Below, one piece after another: positions 49,989-53,519 of a DNA stretch of 53,519 bases; within the stretch, counting starts at the first letter, position 1; each line of letters opens with the position of its first letter. The stretch is from Parvularculaceae bacterium (GTDB lineage Bacteria; Pseudomonadota; Alphaproteobacteria; Caulobacterales; Parvularculaceae). The notes below the pieces were generated by a model. That model was not told the DNA's origin. It was given only the letters and a program-made list of their open reading frames with translations, and made no database searches. A program made the position numbers and the translations under genes. The stretch lies in assembly GCA_041747095.1 (NCBI GenBank), contig JBGTFV010000107.1:1-53519 (forward strand), in the 5' to 3' direction.

Positions 49989-51338
49989 TCAAGCGCTCGC
50001 GCGCTCGGTCCCAGGGGCTGGCACCCTGACGCCTTCCTCAGTGTACTGTTTCAGTTTATTGCGGAGCGTTCGGATAGAGATGCCCAAAATGGTGGCGGCG
50101 TGGGTTCGATTGCCAAGACAGTGATCGAGCGTCTCGAGAATGAGCTGTTGTTCCACCTCTGCGACCGTTCGGCCAATCAGTTCAGGTTTCTCGCCCTCTA
50201 TCGCAGACGTACGTGAGGCTGCCGTGCGTTCCAGCTCGGCGCCGTTTGGAAGGCGTATCGCACTGCGGTCGATTTCGTGGCCGGAGGCGAGAATAACCGC
50301 GCGGTGGATGGCGTTTTCCAGTTCTCGCACATTGCCCGGCCAAGATGCGCCAACGACGGCTTGGCGTGCGCCCTCTGAAAGCGGGCGGTGCGGCGCGCCA
50401 TTCAGGCTCGCATATTTGCGCGCGAAATGCTCGGCAAGCGCGAGAATGTCAGCCGGGCGCTTGCGCAGCGGCGGCACATCCAGATTGACCACATTCAAGC
50501 GAAAGAACAGGTCTTCGCGGAATGCGCCCTTGCGCGTTTCCGCAACGAGGTCGCGATTTGAAGTGGCGATAACTCGGATGTCGACCTTTACTGGTTTGCC
50601 GCCGCCGACACGATCGATCACGCGCTCTTGCAGCGCGCGGAGCAATTTCGCCTGCAGACGGATATCCATCTCCGAGATTTCGTCGAGTAGAAGCGTCCCA
50701 CCGTCCGCTTCCTCAAACTTGCCGATCCGGCGTGATACGGCGCCTGTAAACGCGCCTTTCTCGTGGCCGAATAATTCCGACTCCAACAGATTTTCCGGAA
50801 TCGCGGCGCAATTGATAGAGATAAAGGGCCGATCGGCGCGCCGCGACTTGCGGTGCAAATATCGCGCGATCACTTCCTTACCGACGCCGGACTCGCCAGT
50901 GATGAGGATTGATGCTTCCGACGCCGCTACCTGGTCAGCAAGCTCGATGACGCGTTTCATCGCGGGATCAGCCGCGATCATGTCATTGCTCTCTTCGGCG
51001 ACTGCTTCAAGCACCGCTGCAATGAGTTCAGCGTCCGGCGGCAGCGGAATGTATTCGCGCGCGCCTGCGCGTATCGCCGCCACGGCTGCGTCCGCGTCTG
51101 ATTTTACGCCGCAAGCGACGACGGGGATGGCGATGCGTTCAGCGGTCAGCGCAGAGATCAACGCGGCGATGTTCAATCGAACGTCGATCATTATGAGGTC
51201 AGCGCCTTCACCCTTGCGCAGCGCGTTCATCGCTGGCTCAACATCGGGTGTGAATGCGACGCGCGCGCCGCGATCCATCGCGATGCGCGCCGCTGCCGAC
51301 AATTGACCGGAGTATCCGCCGACAATGAGTAACCGCAT
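49989..51338 (-). CDS. flbD: Sigma54-dependent flagellar activator FlbD
   Basis: MRLLIVG atypical receiver, GESGVGKE, GAFTGA, LGISIRTLRNKL; lies between fliN and flhA. Confidence 0.93.
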   Translation of the reverse strand: MRLLIVGGYSGQLSAAARIAMDRGARVAFTPDVEPAMNALRKGEGADLIMIDVRLNIAALISALTAERIAIPVVACGVKSDADAAVAAIRAGAREYIPLPPDAELIAAVLEAVAEESNDMIAADPAMKRVIELADQVAASEASILITGESGVGKEVIARYLHRKSRRADRPFISINCAAIPENLLESELFGHEKGAFTGAVSRRIGKFEEADGGTLLLDEISEMDIRLQAKLLRALQERVIDRVGGGKPVKVDIRVIATSNRDLVAETRKGAFREDLFFRLNVVNLDVPPLRKRPADILALAEHFARKYASLNGAPHRPLSEGARQAVVGASWPGNVRELENAIHRAVILASGHEIDRSAIRLPNGAELERTAASRTSAIEGEKPELIGRTVAEVEQQLILETLDHCLGNRTHAATILGISIRTLRNKLKQYTEEGVRVPAPGTERASA

Positions 51339-51355
51339 GACGTGAAAATCCTGTG

Positions 51356-51694
51356 CTAGACTTCGCGTTCCTTGACGATTTCGGTCATCGTGACGCCGAG
51401 CTCGCCATCCATCATTACGAGTTCGCCCCGGCCAATGAGGCGATCGTTGACGTAAAGATCAATCGGTTCGCCAACCTTGCGATCTAGCTCAATCACTGAT
51501 CCAGGCCCCAGCTTCATCAGCGAAGAAATCGGCAGCCGGGTTTTTCCAAGGACTGCCGTTACTTTTATCGGGATGTCATAGATACTTTTCAAAAGTCCCG
51601 GATCGTTCATTGATGGCGCTTGCGCATCCCCTTGGGTTGATGCGAGCTCGGGAAGGAAATCGATATCCGAATCGGCGGCTGCTGGGTCACTCAC
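51356..51694 (-). CDS. fliN: Flagellar motor switch protein FliN
   Basis: DIPIKVTAVLG...LDRKVGEP...GELV. Confidence 0.95.
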   Translation of the reverse strand: MSDPAAADSDIDFLPELASTQGDAQAPSMNDPGLLKSIYDIPIKVTAVLGKTRLPISSLMKLGPGSVIELDRKVGEPIDLYVNDRLIGRGELVMMDGELGVTMTEIVKEREV

Positions 51695-52305
51695 TGGTGC
51701 TTCTCCGTGGAATGCGGCGTTTTGGGAAATATTTTAGCGACGGCGGCGGTGATTTCCGCCGAGGTGCAGCGCGCTTGACCGTCATGCCAGACAAGGCGGC
51801 ATTCGCCAGCGCGAAGCGCCTTGTCTGGCGTGAGGGTGACGATGTCGGCCAGTCCAGTGTCGATCAGTCGCGTTTCCAGGCTGGCGCTCAGGCGCGAAAA
51901 GTTCTTTGCGCTGAGATGAAGCGTTGCGGGTTTGCGATTGCTGGGAGACAAAAGAAGGCGCTCAATAAGGTTCATTGCGAGCTTGACCTCGCGACTGGCG
52001 GCGAGATTGATCGCAAAGGATTCCAGAAAAACGGCACACTGAGCGCTAATCTCCGCTTTCGTTTCGCCCAGAGCGCGCGATTGGTTTGTTAGGGATGCGC
52101 AGGCGTCGGCAATGCGCGCAAGCGCGGCGGCTTCGTCAGCGGCGATTGTTTCCATCGCCAGTTTTCGTCCCTCAATGACGCCTTGCGCGCGTGCGGCCTC
52201 GATCTCTGCGAGGACCGAGGCGGCGGCGGGCGCAGCAGCCGGCGCTACAGGCGCTGCAGCGTTTAGGTCGGGAAATGCAAAGGGCTTCGTTTGCGGGCGC
52301 GCCAT
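51691..52305 (-). CDS. fliH: FliH/FlbE-like flagellar assembly protein
   Basis: KPFAF N-terminus, AxxxGxxEG, GECRLVWHDG; lies between fliG and fliN. Confidence 0.78.
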   Translation of the reverse strand: MARPQTKPFAFPDLNAAAPVAPAAAPAAASVLAEIEAARAQGVIEGRKLAMETIAADEAAALARIADACASLTNQSRALGETKAEISAQCAVFLESFAINLAASREVKLAMNLIERLLLSPSNRKPATLHLSAKNFSRLSASLETRLIDTGLADIVTLTPDKALRAGECRLVWHDGQARCTSAEITAAVAKIFPKTPHSTEKHQ

Positions 52306-52306
52306 G

Positions 52307-53326
52307 TCAGTACACCAGCTCTTCGCTTTGCGATTTGCTCAATACGATCTCGCCGTCGTCCGAAAGGCGCTTGGCGAGCTCGACGATCCGCTGCTGAGCC
52401 ATATCAACCTCGCGCAGGCGCAAGGGGCCGAGGATATCGATATCGTCCTTCAGAATGGTCGCGGCCCGTTCGGACATGTTGCGATAGAAATGATCGGCAA
52501 CCTCTGGTCTGGCGCCTTTCAATGCGACGGCGAGCATGCCTTTGTCGACAACGCGGAGGAGTTTCTGTACGTCTTGCGCGCCGAGAAGAAGCAGATCCTC
52601 AAAAACGAACATCAGCGCACGAATACGATCGGCGGCGGCAGGGTTCTTCATTTCGAGCGCTTCGAGGAAACGCCGCTCGGCAGGCCGGTCGAAATTATTG
52701 AAGATCTCCGCCATGGACTGGTAGGGATCACGGTCCTCGCCCCGCGATAACGCCGTGATGAACTCGGTGCGCAACGTCTGCTCAATCTGGTCAAGCACAT
52801 CCTTCTGCACTGGCCCCAATGTCAGCATGCGACCGATCACTTCCTCGGCGAAGAGATCGGGCAGCGCCGCAATTACTTTTGCAGCGTGCTCAGCGCGAAC
52901 CCGAGACAGGATGACTGCGACTGTCTGGGGATGTTCTCCCTTGAGATAGCCGGCCAGCACGCGCTCATTCACATTGGCGAGTTTGTCCCACATGGTTTTG
53001 CCGGCGGGTCCCTTGATGTCTTCAAGGACGAGGTTCGCCTTGTCGGACGGCAGAACCTTGCGCAGAAACCTCTGGGTGTAGGCCGCCGTTCCCATGATCG
53101 ATCCAGTGGCGGACAGATTGCCGACGAACTCGGCGAGAAGCTCTTCGACGACATCTGCCGAAACCGAACCGAGCGAAGACATGGCGAGCGTTACTTCGCG
53201 CAGCTCGTCTTCATCGAGCGAGGCCCAGAGCGGGCGGCTGGCGTCTTCGCCGAGCGCCAGCATGATCACGGCCGCCCGCTCAGGCCCGGTCAGGTCATTC
53301 ATCCGAACGATGGCGCGCGCGTTCAT
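52307..53326 (-). CDS. fliG: Flagellar motor switch protein FliG
   Basis: GPERAAVIMLALG, EHPQ, MFVFEDL. Confidence 0.97.
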   Translation of the reverse strand: MNARAIVRMNDLTGPERAAVIMLALGEDASRPLWASLDEDELREVTLAMSSLGSVSADVVEELLAEFVGNLSATGSIMGTAAYTQRFLRKVLPSDKANLVLEDIKGPAGKTMWDKLANVNERVLAGYLKGEHPQTVAVILSRVRAEHAAKVIAALPDLFAEEVIGRMLTLGPVQKDVLDQIEQTLRTEFITALSRGEDRDPYQSMAEIFNNFDRPAERRFLEALEMKNPAAADRIRALMFVFEDLLLLGAQDVQKLLRVVDKGMLAVALKGARPEVADHFYRNMSERAATILKDDIDILGPLRLREVDMAQQRIVELAKRLSDDGEIVLSKSQSEELVY

Positions 53327-53519
53327 CACGACTGCCTGATCCAGCTTTTCAGAAGACCGGCAGCCTCGTCGTTATAGCCCCGAATTTGTTCAGCAACCTG
53401 GCGGGCGGACGAAGGTTTCGTCTCGCTCAGAATTTGAGCGATGGCGAGCGTGGGCGGCGCTGAAGGCCGCGGCGAGGCGATGGCGGCAGCCGCCGCTTCC
53501 TTTACGTCAGCGGCGGATC
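53326..53519 (-). CDS. fliF: C-terminus of flagellar M-ring protein FliF (partial, runs off window)
   Basis: Hand translation ...SARQVAEQIRGYNDEAAGLLKSWIRQS*; stop overlaps the fliG start; AxxLKxW FliG-binding tail. Confidence 0.8.
   Translation of the reverse strand, partial: SAADVKEAAAAAIASPRPSAPPTLAIAQILSETKPSSARQVAEQIRGYNDEAAGLLKSWIRQS

Noticed and set aside
50140-51306. 388-aa plus-strand ORF
   Set aside because: Antisense shadow of flbD typical of high-GC codon bias; the same applies to similar ORFs over nuo, rnj and flhA.
1-53519. CRISPR array, rRNA, integrase
   Set aside because: No spaced repeat array, rRNA sequence or recombinase ORF seen in the window.

Overview
Alphaproteobacterial chromosome segment. 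An SpmX-type gene, MipZ, the Caulobacter-type fliF-fliG-fliH-fliN-flbD-flhA order and an A73 tRNA-His fragment point to the Caulobacterales/Parvularculales lineage (inference). There are three zones. (1) 1-4153 is the distal end of an island integrated at tRNA-His. It holds the right end of an IS3-family element that interrupts a ~510-aa gene missing from the ORF track (C-terminal M15-like peptidase domain), a monocistronic AbiEi-like/HipA kinase fusion whose promoter is bracketed by a 23-bp inverted-repeat pair, and the tRNA-His 3' fragment. (2) ~4150-27660 is an accessory stress/redox/signalling block. It includes LysM lipoprotein and yqjD/yqjE-like genes with perfect EcfG-type promoters, an EcfG-like ECF sigma with a long C-terminal tail, a 1480-aa CheB-CheR-PAS-kinase-REC-REC-LuxR fusion with MCP-like EE heptads, a LysR/DoxX/dioxygenase/AhpD cluster, a TPR kinase with REC-AraC regulator, SDR, DUF4932 and CPBP genes. 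(3) 27800-53519 is core genome: nuoJKLMN (no nuoA-I upstream, own promoter and structured leader), birA, coaX, rnj, mgtE, spmX, panC, mipZ, and flhF-like/flhA/flbD/fliN/fliH/fliG/fliF. All calls come from reading motifs by eye; no searches were run.
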